DNA from: Ignavibacteria bacterium GWF2_33_9
Lineage (GTDB): Bacteria; Bacteroidota; Ignavibacteria; Kapaibacteriales; UBA2268
NCBI GenBank assembly: GCA_001804565.1
Contig: MHAC01000077.1
Location: forward strand, 1 to 55,851
Length of the DNA: 55,851 bases
Reading direction: 5' to 3'
Positions 27,327 to 38,097 of the stretch are shown in pieces. Position 1 is the stretch's first letter; every line of letters begins with the position of its first letter. Under the pieces are notes generated by a model. The model was not told where the DNA came from. It did not search any database and saw nothing but the letters and a program-made list of their open reading frames with translations. Position numbers and translations under genes: made by a program.

Positions 27327-28391
27327 CTAGTTTCTCTTCCTGAAATATTCTGCAGCAAGTGGTATCATGAATGGATATGCTGTCCAGATGAATCTTCCAT
27401 CTGCCCAAGCTGAAAAATAAGAATAGACCCACATTAACAGCGAAGTGCACATTCCAATTATGAAAGCATTGAATACTGCTTTTTTGACGATGTGCTTTTT
27501 CGAAATATAAAGTAAGGCAAAAAGTCCCGGAAATCCAAAAGATATAATTAGACTTATATATGTTTTTGAGCGGAAAATATTATCTGCCAAATGTTCTGCA
27601 CTTGGGAACCAAACATAATCCGATCCATCACCAAACATACCAAATGCTTTTCTTGCTATGATAGTTGTGACAAAATAAAGTATAAATGCAATCCAGAAAA
27701 TGAAATAAATATTTCTGTTTTCTTTTTGTGCAGGAATTTTAAGGCATTTGAAAAGGGAAGAGAATGTGAATCTTGCTGATGGATTGTTATGAAAATATAG
27801 ATGCAGAAAGAGAAACGGGAATAGAATTATACTCGTTTCTTTTGCGAGTGCAGCCAAAATAAAGAAAAGTATTAACCAGATATCCTCGCCGGAAATCCTT
27901 GCCCAGATAATAGCGAAAAGGAACATCGTTGATGTAGCATCAATATGACCTGTTGTGCTGTAATATAAAGTAGGGAAGGAAATTACATATAGCAATGCAC
28001 CGCAAATCCTTATTCCAAAAGAATATCCAAGTTTTTTTAGTGTAAGGATTATAAGCAATACAGTGAGCATCACAGAAAAAGTATTGACCAAATTTATTGA
28101 AGTCATAGCATCTGAAAAAGGCATAAGTGATGCGGTGAATGGAATTAGAGGACGAAATGAATAAGGTGCATGAACAGAATCCAGGGGAACTTCACCACGG
28201 AAATACTGAACAAAGTGCAAGTAATTCTGCTGGTCAATTGTAAGTTCACCATTATGAACTCCGACAAATGGACGCACAATAGCAATATCCTGCATATTGA
28301 ATCTTGGATATAGTATTGCTGGAATACTTATTGCAAGAATTATCCAGGCGATTGCATGGTTTCTATCAAAAAAATTCAATACTTTATTCAT
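27327..28391 (-). CDS. Polytopic membrane protein, possibly a GT-C-fold glycosyltransferase
   Basis: About 9-10 TM segments; periplasmic loop IDQQNY..APYSFRPLIP; HID and LAKET motifs resemble GT-C/PMT-like enzymes. Confidence 0.6.
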   Translation of the reverse strand: MNKVLNFFDRNHAIAWIILAISIPAILYPRFNMQDIAIVRPFVGVHNGELTIDQQNYLHFVQYFRGEVPLDSVHAPYSFRPLIPFTASLMPFSDAMTSINLVNTFSVMLTVLLIILTLKKLGYSFGIRICGALLYVISFPTLYYSTTGHIDATSTMFLFAIIWARISGEDIWLILFFILAALAKETSIILFPFLFLHLYFHNNPSARFTFSSLFKCLKIPAQKENRNIYFIFWIAFILYFVTTIIARKAFGMFGDGSDYVWFPSAEHLADNIFRSKTYISLIISFGFPGLFALLYISKKHIVKKAVFNAFIIGMCTSLLMWVYSYFSAWADGRFIWTAYPFMIPLAAEYFRKRN

Positions 28392-28411
28392 TGATTAATC
28401 TATTTTAACTT

Positions 28412-28984
28412 TCAAAACTTGATTTTAACACCAATTTCGGGTAAACCAAATTGATTCAGTTTGGTATTCATACTCAAATTATCATCCACTGAAAATTCAA
28501 ATAATTGAGCACCAACGTAAGCATCAACAGCAGAAATAATATAAACTCCCGCTAAATAAAAAATGTTTAAATCACGGTAATCTCGGAAATATTCCCTCTT
28601 CCTGTAAAGGAAATTGTATTCTGCATCATCTGTCCCGGTATAATTTGCATATTCAGTTGCAGCATCTTGGTATTTTGAATTATTATCATAAATGAAGAAA
28701 ATTAAAGTTCCCCACCCAGCGACAAAAATGGGAGCTTTCCAGTAAGATTCTACGTAATATTGCCCCCAGCCCGGCAAAGCAAGGGAACGCAATACTGCAC
28801 CTGTCGGAGATTTTGCAAGTGTATCTTTTACAAAGGAAGTCTTTTTGGGAGGAGTAATGTAAAGAGAATCACTCTGTGAATATGCAACTGTCTGTAAAAA
28901 AAATATAAAAGCAATTACTGCAAAGGAATGTTTCAGTAAATTCAAATTATTTATGATATTTTCATCTGATTTACTCAAGTGCAT
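28412..28984 (-). CDS. DUF5683-like protein
   Basis: KSPTGAVLRSLALPGWGQYY..YWKAPI and Y..SAVDAYV.AQL pattern. Confidence 0.75.
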   Translation of the reverse strand: MHLSKSDENIINNLNLLKHSFAVIAFIFFLQTVAYSQSDSLYITPPKKTSFVKDTLAKSPTGAVLRSLALPGWGQYYVESYWKAPIFVAGWGTLIFFIYDNNSKYQDAATEYANYTGTDDAEYNFLYRKREYFRDYRDLNIFYLAGVYIISAVDAYVGAQLFEFSVDDNLSMNTKLNQFGLPEIGVKIKF

Positions 28985-29867
28985 CCTTTAGACTTTTTAC
29001 ATTATATTTCATTAGTTTGGAATAAGTATTTAATCCATTTTTATTTCCTATTGGATCTAAAATTGCAACTTTTGTACCGGTTTGCTCTGCCAAAACTTCA
29101 GCGGATTTCTGAGATAACTGAGGTTCAGTGAAAATTGAACGAACACCGGAGTCAGTAATCTTCTTAATCAAATCTGCGAGATAATTCGGCGAATTTTCCA
29201 CGCCGGGATTCCATTCGATTGAGCCGCCATAAGTGAGTCCGTAACGATTGATTAAATATAGGAAAGAAGGATGTGCCAGAAATATCGATTTAAATTTTAT
29301 TGACTCAAGTTTTTCAGTAAATTCAGCATCCATTTCATCCAATTCATCTGAAAACTTCCCTGCATTCTCCTTATATATTTTAGCATTTTCAGGATGAACT
29401 TCGGCAAGTTTTTGCACTAAAATAGGCAATAGTGATTTCACAACCAGAGGGTCTGTCCAGAAATGCGGGTCTATTTCTTCATAATTGAAAAAGTCATCAT
29501 GCACTTCTTCTTCTTCTCCGTGGTGATGCTCGTCTCCGAACTTATCTTTATGCAGCAACATATTTTCAGGGATAATCCTGATGAGTTCAACTTTATTTTT
29601 TGTGTCAAATTTTTCAGCCCATCCATCCATATTTTTAGATACATAAAAAAGGATATCTGCCTTAGTTGCTTTTAGAACATCGCTCGGTTTGGGGCTGAAA
29701 GTGTGAGGAGATGCTCCTGAAGGAATAATATTATCAACTTCAGAACCAGTAATTTCCTGCAAAATCAATGCAACAGGTTCAGAAGTAACAATAATTTCAT
29801 GTTTGCTCTGCTTTGTTCCGCAGGAAAGCAGTAATAAGGATATGAATATGTAAATAAAGTATTTCAT
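28971..29867 (-). CDS. Metal ABC transporter substrate-binding lipoprotein (ZnuA/cluster A-I)
   Basis: Lipobox LLSC after ATG 29867 (preferred start); SPHTF, His-rich loop EHHHGEEE, DPHFW, HPSFLY and LDPIG. Confidence 0.88.
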   Translation of the reverse strand: MKYFIYIFISLLLLSCGTKQSKHEIIVTSEPVALILQEITGSEVDNIIPSGASPHTFSPKPSDVLKATKADILFYVSKNMDGWAEKFDTKNKVELIRIIPENMLLHKDKFGDEHHHGEEEEVHDDFFNYEEIDPHFWTDPLVVKSLLPILVQKLAEVHPENAKIYKENAGKFSDELDEMDAEFTEKLESIKFKSIFLAHPSFLYLINRYGLTYGGSIEWNPGVENSPNYLADLIKKITDSGVRSIFTEPQLSQKSAEVLAEQTGTKVAILDPIGNKNGLNTYSKLMKYNVKSLKDALE

Positions 29868-30037
29868 TTCGATTTTTATTATAATAACAAAATTACAGAA
29901 ATAAGTGGAATAAAAATAAAAAATCCTTGCTTCACTCAGCAAGGATTAGCTCTGTTTTACATACTTTAACAATTTTACTGGAAACTTAAACAATTTAAAA
30001 AGGTATAAAATGAAAAATATTAAATTATTATTCTTAT

Positions 30038-30463
30038 TTATCTAAACAATTCTTTTATCATACCCCATGTTCTGCGAATACTGTTTGTTTGGTGAGTCAC
30101 AGAAATGGATTCAGATAATTCTTCGTTTCCATCATTGAAAATACTTTTAATTCTGTAAGAATAAATTTTCCCGCTTTGAACCTGAGGATCATTGTCCCCT
30201 TGCTTGAGCAAAGCATCTTCGTCCACATATTTGTAATCTGAAATTTTCCCGTTTGCATCTACTGAAGCTACCTTCTTGAAAGCAGAATTATCGCCGGAAC
30301 GCTGAATTTCGAATCCTTTCAGATTAGATTCATCAGTTGTACTCCATTGAACAGTAATGTTTGCACCATTGGAAAAAGCACGGAAAGTACTTATGGTGCT
30401 ACTTACAGCCCATACTGCCATGCTTGCTGTCAAAATGAAGACTATTAAAAGTATTTTTTTCAT
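30038..30463 (-). CDS. Secreted Ig/FN3-like protein with C-terminal TWGxIK tail
   Basis: Signal peptide; FRA..ITVQWSTTDESNLKGFEIQRS..YKYVD; ends RRTWGMIKELFR. Confidence 0.75.
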   Translation of the reverse strand: MKKILLIVFILTASMAVWAVSSTISTFRAFSNGANITVQWSTTDESNLKGFEIQRSGDNSAFKKVASVDANGKISDYKYVDEDALLKQGDNDPQVQSGKIYSYRIKSIFNDGNEELSESISVTHQTNSIRRTWGMIKELFR

Positions 30464-30699
30464 AATACAAACTTAAAGAAAAATATTAAGTTTACAACAA
30501 TTAAAACTGTTTTTTTTGGTATTTATTTTAAATAACTTTTAAAATTGTAGAAAATTCTACAATTTTCATTCCAAATTTACAAAATTAATATTAGCGTAAA
30601 AATTTTCCACAAATCACTAATTTTTGTATTATAAAGAAATTCTAAGAAAAAAATAATTGTTAAATTGCATTTTCCCAAATTGTAAATGTTAGAAAACTA

Positions 30700-32334
30700 A
30701 TGAGCAAATCTAAATTAAAATCAGTAGAAACAAAATATATCTTCATTACCGGAGGCGTTCTTTCTTCTCTGGGAAAAGGCATTGCATCATCCTCTATCGG
30801 TCTTTTACTCAAAAAGAGCGGTTATACCGTTACAATTATGAAACTTGACCCCTATATAAATGTGGATCCGGGAACTATGAATCCCTTCCAACATGGTGAA
30901 GTTTACGTAACTGATGATGGAGCTGAAACTGATTTGGATTTAGGACATTATGAAAGATTTTTGGGAGAATCCCTCTTCAAATGCAATAACACAACTACCG
31001 GACAGGTTTATTTTGAAGTAATTTCCAAAGAAAGGCGTGGTGAATATCTCGGAAAGACAGTACAGGTTATACCTCATATAACTGATGAAATTAAGAAAAG
31101 AGTGAGATCTTTTGAAGGAAAAAAAGATTTTGTGATTGTTGAAATTGGAGGAACCGTAGGCGATATTGAATCTCTTCCATTTCTCGAATCGCAACGTCAG
31201 ATTGCTTGGGAATTGGGTTCTTCACGAGCTTTGAATATTCATTTAACTTATGTTCCTTACATTAAATCATCCGGAGAAGTGAAAACAAAACCAACTCAAC
31301 ATTCAGTTAAGATACTTATGGAACATGGTATTAAACCGGATATTCTGCTTTGCAGAGCAGAAAGCAAATTGCATAAAGATATTAAGCAAAAAATTGGTCT
31401 TTTTTGCAATGTTGAAGAGGAATCTGTGATTGACGTTCCTGATGCTGCAAACACAATTTACGAAGTACCTCTGGCATTTAAACAACAAGGGCTTCATAAT
31501 ATTATTGCAAAAAAATTAGGTATTAAAGAAAAAGAACCAATGGTGGAAGAATTGAAGAAATTCGTTGAAAAAATCCGCAAACCTGCTCATGTTGTGGATG
31601 TTGCCTTGGTTGGGAAATATGTGCAATATCGTGATTCCTATAAGAGCATCATTGAATCTTTCATTCATGCTGGTTCAATCAACAATACAAGAGTGAATAT
31701 TCACTTAATCAACAGTGAAGAAATTACTCAGGAAAATTTTGTGGAAAAACTTTCTTTCCTCGATGGAATATTAGTAGGTCCGGGTTTTGGTAAACGTGGA
31801 ATAGAAGGAAAAATTCTGGCTATAAATTATGCCAGAACAAATAATATACCATTTTTTGGAATTTGTCTTGGAATGCAATGTGCTGTTATTGAATTTGCAA
31901 GAAATATCTGCAATTTGAAAGATGCGCATTCAAGCGAATTTGCAAAAACTACTCAAAATGTGATTGATATGATGGAGAAACAAAAGAAAATCACAAATAT
32001 GGGCGGTACAATGCGTTTAGGAGCATATCCGGCTCATTTGAATAAAGGTACTCTTGCTTATAAAGCCTATGGTTCCGAAGATATTAGTGAACGGCACCGA
32101 CATCGTTATGAAGTGAATAATGAGTTTCGTCAGGTTTTATTGGATAAAGGATTGATTTTTAGTGCAACATCGCCTGACGGGATGCTTGTGGAAATCGTAG
32201 AATTACCGGATCATCCATGGTTTGTAGGTGTGCAATTCCATCCTGAATTAAAATCAAGAGCAATTACAGGTCATCCTCTTTTCATTGATTTTATTAAATC
32301 TTCACTTAAAATCAGGAAAGCAAAGCAAAATTAA
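30700..32334 (+). CDS. pyrG: CTP synthase
   Basis: [44 protein letters not shown] and QFHPE motifs. Confidence 0.98.
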   Translation: MSKSKLKSVETKYIFITGGVLSSLGKGIASSSIGLLLKKSGYTVTIMKLDPYINVDPGTMNPFQHGEVYVTDDGAETDLDLGHYERFLGESLFKCNNTTTGQVYFEVISKERRGEYLGKTVQVIPHITDEIKKRVRSFEGKKDFVIVEIGGTVGDIESLPFLESQRQIAWELGSSRALNIHLTYVPYIKSSGEVKTKPTQHSVKILMEHGIKPDILLCRAESKLHKDIKQKIGLFCNVEEESVIDVPDAANTIYEVPLAFKQQGLHNIIAKKLGIKEKEPMVEELKKFVEKIRKPAHVVDVALVGKYVQYRDSYKSIIESFIHAGSINNTRVNIHLINSEEITQENFVEKLSFLDGILVGPGFGKRGIEGKILAINYARTNNIPFFGICLGMQCAVIEFARNICNLKDAHSSEFAKTTQNVIDMMEKQKKITNMGGTMRLGAYPAHLNKGTLAYKAYGSEDISERHRHRYEVNNEFRQVLLDKGLIFSATSPDGMLVEIVELPDHPWFVGVQFHPELKSRAITGHPLFIDFIKSSLKIRKAKQN

Positions 32335-33191
32335 ATAAATTCAAGATGAATTTCTGCGGCCTTTACGCTATGAGTGAGGGCCCCGATTGATATTGCATCA
32401 ATTCCGGTGGGTAAGTAAGGGTCAATATTATCTAAATTTATTCCACCGCTGACTTCCACAAAGTAAGGTGTATCTTTTTCGGCTTTTCGAATTATCTCCA
32501 TCGCATCGTGAACTTGTTCGGGTGTGAAATTATCAAGTAAAAATCCATCAACTTCAGCTTCGAGACCAATTTTTAATTGCTCGAAATTATCAACTTCCAA
32601 TTCAATTGGTAAATTGGAGTCATTTTTACTTTTCACTTCCTGCAAAGTACTCTTCAAATCACGATTTGCAATGTGATTATCTTTAATTAAAATTCCGCTT
32701 GAAAGGTCCAATCTGTGATTAAAACCGCCAGAGGCCGCAACAGAATATTTATCGAATAGCCGCAATCCGGGAATTGTTTTGCGGGTATCGAGTATTTTGA
32801 TTCTGTAAGGAGAAGCTTTATCGGTGTATTCTCTCACTAATTTCGCAATACCGCACATTCTCTGAAGCAAGTTTAACATTGTTCTTTCGAGTGTAAGAAT
32901 TACACTTGCTTTTCCCTTGATTGTGGCAATAATTGCACCTTTAGGAACAATGTCGCCATCTTCGTAAAACAATTCAAATTCGGCAGTTTCATCAAAAAAA
33001 TAAGGCAATACTCGTTCGCCAACAAAGAGTAATTCTTCCTGAGCTTGTATATTTGCAGTTATTATTTCATCATCACTTACTGTCAAATGAGTTGTGATAT
33101 CTCCTGCGGGAACGTCTTCAGCCATAAATTCAGCAATTTTTTCTTTAACATATTCCTCAGGAATCAACTTATATTGTGTATATGCAATCAA
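32331..33191 (-). CDS. nadC: Nicotinate-nucleotide pyrophosphorylase (carboxylating)
   Basis: [43 protein letters not shown] and SIGALTHS motifs. Confidence 0.96.
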   Translation of the reverse strand: MIAYTQYKLIPEEYVKEKIAEFMAEDVPAGDITTHLTVSDDEIITANIQAQEELLFVGERVLPYFFDETAEFELFYEDGDIVPKGAIIATIKGKASVILTLERTMLNLLQRMCGIAKLVREYTDKASPYRIKILDTRKTIPGLRLFDKYSVAASGGFNHRLDLSSGILIKDNHIANRDLKSTLQEVKSKNDSNLPIELEVDNFEQLKIGLEAEVDGFLLDNFTPEQVHDAMEIIRKAEKDTPYFVEVSGGINLDNIDPYLPTGIDAISIGALTHSVKAAEIHLEFI

Positions 33192-34117
33192 CTCAACTCC
33201 AACATTTTTTTTATAGGCAAAAGTGCTCTTAATCTTAATTCTTCATCGAGGTGTATTTGAGGTTCGAGATTTTCCAAAGCAGCAATCATTTTGTCAATAG
33301 TATTCAATCTCATATATGGACATTCATTGCAGCTGCAGCCATCAATATTTGGTACATCGAGGTATGTTTTGTCTGGAGCATGCTTCTTCATTTCGTGAAT
33401 GACTCCGGGCTCAGTGAGAATAATGAATTTATCGTTTTCACTTGTAACAGCATAATTGATAATTTTTGTTGTTGAGCCTATAATATCAGCATGTTTTAGA
33501 ATATTTGGCGGACATTCCGGATGTGCCAAAACAATTGCATCAGGATGTTCTACTTTCAGAGTGAGAACTTTATCTTCCGAAAACATTTCGTGAACCTGAC
33601 ATGAACCATTCCAGAGGACCATTTCACGATTTGTTTTCTGCTTGATATAAGACCCCAAAAACTTATCCGGGGCAAAAAGGATTAATTTATCCTCAGGAAT
33701 TGAAGAAACGATTTTTTCTGCATTGGAAGAAGTGCAAATGATATCTGAAAGAGCTTTGATTTCTGCAGTAGTGTTAATATATGTTACCAGTACTGCATCA
33801 GGATATTCCTGACGCCACTTTGCAAAGGCAGCAGGTTCTGCGGAATCTGCCAAAGAACAACCTGCATCCAAATCAGGAACAATTACAATTTTGCCCGGAT
33901 TTAGAATTTTTGCTGTTTCTGCCATAAAATTCACACCTGCAAAAAGAATTACATCTTCTTTAACATTTTGTGCAAATTGGCTCAATGCAAGCGAATCACC
34001 AATAAAATCTGCAATATCCTGAATTTCACCATCCTGATAAAAATGAGCTAAAATAATAGCATTTCTCTCTTTTTTCAGGTGAAGCAGTCTCTCAATTTTT
34101 TGTTCTTTAGTTTCCAT
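33188..34117 (-). CDS. nadA: Quinolinate synthase
   Basis: LAHFYQ, GDSLAL, FMAETAK, GCSLAD, YINT, CQVH, AHPEC and CPYM motifs. Confidence 0.96.
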   Translation of the reverse strand: METKEQKIERLLHLKKERNAIILAHFYQDGEIQDIADFIGDSLALSQFAQNVKEDVILFAGVNFMAETAKILNPGKIVIVPDLDAGCSLADSAEPAAFAKWRQEYPDAVLVTYINTTAEIKALSDIICTSSNAEKIVSSIPEDKLILFAPDKFLGSYIKQKTNREMVLWNGSCQVHEMFSEDKVLTLKVEHPDAIVLAHPECPPNILKHADIIGSTTKIINYAVTSENDKFIILTEPGVIHEMKKHAPDKTYLDVPNIDGCSCNECPYMRLNTIDKMIAALENLEPQIHLDEELRLRALLPIKKMLELS

Positions 34118-34124
34118 TATTAAT

Positions 34125-34550
34125 TCATTGTCTTATGTTTTTGCTGATTTCAGCAAATGCATCTTCAGTTTCATAAACACGAACGGTAATACCGAAAATA
34201 TTTTCGAATTCGTAAAATTCCTTTTCCAAAATATTCAAAAAATGAAGAGATAAATTTTCACTTGTCGAAGTTGTCTCAATCACCTTGTATTTAAACTGCA
34301 ATTCTTCAATCAAGCGAATGCTCTTTTTATCATTTTTATCGAGAATCAAAGCATGATCATATTCATTCAATAATGGTTTAACGATATTGTCAATAACGTA
34401 ATAATCGAGCAGCATTCCATTTGCATCCGGAACTCCGGTCAATTCCACCATCATTTTATATGAATGGCCATGGATATTGTAGCAGCCTCCTTTATGGAAA
34501 GGCAGTCTATGACTCATTTCCCATCGATATTCTTTGCCGATTTTAACCAT
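34125..34550 (-). CDS. queD: 6-carboxytetrahydropterin synthase
   Basis: SHRL..C.NIHGHSY, DHA, TSENL and VYETE; ATG 34550 (8-bp overlap with queF) preferred as start. Confidence 0.88.
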   Translation of the reverse strand: MVKIGKEYRWEMSHRLPFHKGGCYNIHGHSYKMMVELTGVPDANGMLLDYYVIDNIVKPLLNEYDHALILDKNDKKSIRLIEELQFKYKVIETTSTSENLSLHFLNILEKEFYEFENIFGITVRVYETEDAFAEISKNIRQ

Positions 34551-34893
34551 TTTGTTCTTTATTGTAATTGCAAGTAATGATTGAATGCATTCCGCCTCGT
34601 GGAGTCCATTCACTGCGAACTTCCATAAATTTTGGAGAGCAGACTGAAACTAAGTCATCCAAAATTTTATTTGTAATTTCTTCGTAAAAAATGCCTTGAT
34701 TTCTGTAATCCAAAAAGTAATATTTTAAAGCTTTTAGCTCCATGCATATTTCATCTGGTATATATCTGATTGTAATTTTTCCAAAATCAGGCAAGCCAGT
34801 AATGGGGCAAACTGATGTAAATTCGGGATTTACATGCACGATTTCATAATCTCTGTTTGGATTAGGGTTTGGGAAAGTTTCTATATTTACCAT
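34543..34893 (-). CDS. queF: preQ0 reductase (short, type I QueF)
   Basis: PEFTSVCPITGLPDFG, ELKALKYY, IFYE and RGG motifs. Confidence 0.93.
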   Translation of the reverse strand: MVNIETFPNPNPNRDYEIVHVNPEFTSVCPITGLPDFGKITIRYIPDEICMELKALKYYFLDYRNQGIFYEEITNKILDDLVSVCSPKFMEVRSEWTPRGGMHSIITCNYNKEQNG

Positions 34894-35131
34894 AATTTTC
34901 TTTGTGCTAAATTAGTAAGAATTAAAACGAATTAGTCTTTTTTATAATATAATATACTTTTATAATAGAAAAAGTTTTTATAATAGTAAATCTAACTTAA
35001 AAATTTATCTATCAAAAAAAACAGCAGATCAAGCTGCATTTTTAAATTGTTAGCGAGAAAAATTTATCTATCAATTCTTGTGAAAATAATACAAGTATTG
35101 ATATTTTTGCTAATAATGAAAATAATTGAAT

Positions 35132-35165
35132 AAAAAAAAGGTAACCCGATGGGTTACCTTTTTTT
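35132..35165. terminator. Intrinsic terminator downstream of the OmpA-family gene
   Basis: A8-ggtaaccc-gat-gggttacc-T7, perfect stem. Confidence 0.85.
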
Positions 35166-35189
35166 ATGAGTAATGGGGATTAACCCAAA

Positions 35190-37841
35190 TTATTTTTCGT
35201 ATTCACTCACAGGGGTCTTGATAATTACCTGCACCGTTCTATTATAGAAACGCCCTTCAGGTAAATCATTTGTATAAAGTGGTTCATCTTCACCAACGCC
35301 TCTTACAAAAAGAACACCATACTGAGAACGAGTTGCTGTATTGATACCATTACGAACAGTAGTTGCTCTCTTATCAGAAAGTCTTTGATTATGTTCGTAC
35401 ATACCTACAACGTCTGTATGCCCCACAACTTCACAGTAAGAAGTTGGTTTAACACGTTCGTAAACGTAGTCACGCATAATTCTTTCGTTGATTGGACCTG
35501 CATCAAATTTATCGAATGGGAAGAGGATAAGATTATAACGTTCCCAAGTGGAGTCACCACCGATTTGAACTTTCTTCTTTTCGGAAGTTACCTGCATTAC
35601 AGGTATAACATGTGGATCAGAAACACATTCGTTGCCGCTGTTAGTAGTAATGATAAGTTTTGCAACATAAGGAGGATCGTCTTTTGGATATTTGCCGTCA
35701 TCATCTTGCCAATCCCAAAGAAGTGTGTCATTTCCTAAAGGAATATTATCCAGTGTTTTCCAATGTTTTCCGTCACGTTCAATTTCGATTCTTCTCTTGG
35801 CAATGATTTTATCTTCAATACCGTTTTTGAGAACCCAGTACATTGTATCTGGCTGAGGGAATGTTTTCGGATCTTTATCAAATACCGGCTGCATGATTCT
35901 CCAGTCATCACAAAGAATTTCAGTTCTACGGTTTTCTACGATACCAAATGAGTCTTTCAAGTTAGAAACAACTTTAGGTTTAGGAAGATAAGTTAATTTC
36001 ATCCTGTCAGGGCTTATTTGCCAAACATCTTTGAAATAATCGTAAACTGCTTTTGCTCTGGCTTCAGTTAATTCTTTACTCTTTTCTTCAGGTGATGTTC
36101 CATCAGCAGTACCTACAATTTCAATTTTAGTGTCGGGATATCTGTTCATACGGAAACCGAAGATATTCATAATATGATAATATTTATTAAGAGTACCGCC
36201 AGCGATGGAAGTGTCTGCAAAGAATTTTGTCTGAGCATTATTTTTGAATAAGATATATCGGTCAGGTAATTTTGAACTTCCTAAATCGAAGAACACATAA
36301 TTAAGCAATGGATACAAGTCCCAAGTTTGGATTTGTTCCATAACTAGACCGGGGTATCCTTCAAGTTTAGGTTCATATTTTTTTGTTCTTCTAATGTAAT
36401 CACCTTCTTCAACGATTGAAGTAAGAACAGGGCGTTCACCCAAAGTGATAGTGATTTCTATCGTTTCGGCAGCTTTGGCAGCTTCATCTTTATCTTCAGT
36501 AATTTCCGGTTTAATCACTCTTTGCACAACTTTCTTTGGAACATAATTCGGATTGTTTGCAGTGATTTCGAAATCTATTTGTTTGATTGAATCTTTCGGA
36601 TTGCCGTAATCCGAATTTGCAACAATCATTGTCATTTCAGTGCTGGTTGGAGTAACTTTTTCAGAAATTTTCTTATTAGTTACAGGATTAAAAACATCAA
36701 TTGATGCAGGTAAAAATTCACCGGTACACTCATCTTTTACTCGAATTACCACCATTTTTGTACGGAAGAATGTTGGTACAAAAGCCATGAAAATGTCAAG
36801 ATTACCTTGAAAATTTGCCAAATCTTTTCTTTTTGAAGAGAAATAGATTATATCACCGGATGCAGGCAAGGTTATAAATTGTTCGTCTGCAGATGTATTA
36901 ATCGGTTCTCCTAAGTTTGACGGAGTTGACCATGTTTTTGATTCTTCATTCAAAGAAGTTACATAAAAATCCTTTTCGCCATAATTTGGTTTCCAGCCAT
37001 CAGAAGAAAAGAACAGAGTAACACCATCAGCACCGATGAAAGGAGATTCCTCACGTCCGGGAGTATTGATTGCTTCAAGGTTCTGAGCCTGTTTCCATTC
37101 TTCCATATCCGGATCCCAATCGGAATACCAAATATCAAAATTCTTTGGATAATTGTCCCCGTTACTATTAGGACCTTTACGAGTAGATACAAAATAAATT
37201 CGACTTTTATCTGCAGCGATTGAAGGCTGTGAATCAAATTTTTCTGAATTTACTTTTGGCCCCAAATTTACAGGTCTGCCCCATTTATCGCCATCAATCA
37301 GAGTTTGATAAATATCGCAACTACCGAAACCATCTTCACGATTACAACCTGTAAAATACAAAGACTGTTTGTCTGCAGCGATTGATGCAGCGCCTTCATG
37401 GAACATCGTATTTACACCAAAATTTTCAAACTGGAAGGTTGTGTCGATATTGTAAGGTGTGTTGAATATTGTATCGAGATGATTTGCTTTTTTAGCAGCC
37501 CAAAAGTCATGGCTGAAAGCGCCATCCTTTGTTTCAATACTACCAGGTCTGTCGGATACATAAAAAAGTGTTTTACCATCTGCAGAAACAGTTGGTGCAT
37601 AATCAACACCTTTCCAGTTCACTATTGGTCCCAAATTGATGATGCGAATATTTTTTGATAAAATTCCGCCTTCTCCGGAAGGGGCATCGTTTTGTGTAGA
37701 TAATGTTGCTGCCATAAGGTAATAAGTTCCTTCTTCGGATGCAACTTGATTCGATGTGCTGTTATTTTCATTTGTTTTTGCGAATGACGCTGAACTGAAA
37801 ATTAACACTAAAAAAAATACGTAGAATAATTTTTTCAACAT
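35190..37841 (-). CDS. Periplasmic protein with PD40 beta-propeller and two OmpA-like domains
   Basis: Signal peptide; five PD40-like repeats (e.g. DYAPTVSADGKTLFYVSDR); OmpA-like 1 (FFDLGSS..GTAD..ARAKAV..NRRTEI); OmpA-like 2 (FPFDK..GHTD..NQRLSDKRA..NRTVQV). Confidence 0.85.
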   Translation of the reverse strand: MLKKLFYVFFLVLIFSSASFAKTNENNSTSNQVASEEGTYYLMAATLSTQNDAPSGEGGILSKNIRIINLGPIVNWKGVDYAPTVSADGKTLFYVSDRPGSIETKDGAFSHDFWAAKKANHLDTIFNTPYNIDTTFQFENFGVNTMFHEGAASIAADKQSLYFTGCNREDGFGSCDIYQTLIDGDKWGRPVNLGPKVNSEKFDSQPSIAADKSRIYFVSTRKGPNSNGDNYPKNFDIWYSDWDPDMEEWKQAQNLEAINTPGREESPFIGADGVTLFFSSDGWKPNYGEKDFYVTSLNEESKTWSTPSNLGEPINTSADEQFITLPASGDIIYFSSKRKDLANFQGNLDIFMAFVPTFFRTKMVVIRVKDECTGEFLPASIDVFNPVTNKKISEKVTPTSTEMTMIVANSDYGNPKDSIKQIDFEITANNPNYVPKKVVQRVIKPEITEDKDEAAKAAETIEITITLGERPVLTSIVEEGDYIRRTKKYEPKLEGYPGLVMEQIQTWDLYPLLNYVFFDLGSSKLPDRYILFKNNAQTKFFADTSIAGGTLNKYYHIMNIFGFRMNRYPDTKIEIVGTADGTSPEEKSKELTEARAKAVYDYFKDVWQISPDRMKLTYLPKPKVVSNLKDSFGIVENRRTEILCDDWRIMQPVFDKDPKTFPQPDTMYWVLKNGIEDKIIAKRRIEIERDGKHWKTLDNIPLGNDTLLWDWQDDDGKYPKDDPPYVAKLIITTNSGNECVSDPHVIPVMQVTSEKKKVQIGGDSTWERYNLILFPFDKFDAGPINERIMRDYVYERVKPTSYCEVVGHTDVVGMYEHNQRLSDKRATTVRNGINTATRSQYGVLFVRGVGEDEPLYTNDLPEGRFYNRTVQVIIKTPVSEYEK

Positions 37842-38097
37842 AATTTATCCGTTTGCTTTTAAAAATTTCTTAAGTAACTTTTTAAACCTGCTCCAAATAT
37901 AATTTTGAGTCAGAATAAAAATGCAAATACCAACTTTTTTATTTTTTTTATGGTTTGCATTTTTGTGAAGATTTAATTTAAGAAATTTAATTAAAACAAT
38001 TATAAAAAATATTGTTTTATTCTATAATTTTCTTGTTTTGTGAAGTGTTTGTCAATAATTTTACTACAAATATCAATATTGCGGAATTTTTCAATAA

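Noticed and set aside
34915-34985. Possible preQ1-I riboswitch upstream of queF (minus-strand tataaaaaagactaa resembles its A-rich 3' tail)
   Set aside because: No P1 stem or loop consensus upstream of the tail; the region is almost pure A/T.
35190-37841. Naming the PD40-OmpA gene porE
   Set aside because: It lacks the lipobox and TPR of PorE and has two OmpA-like domains; orthology cannot be shown by eye.
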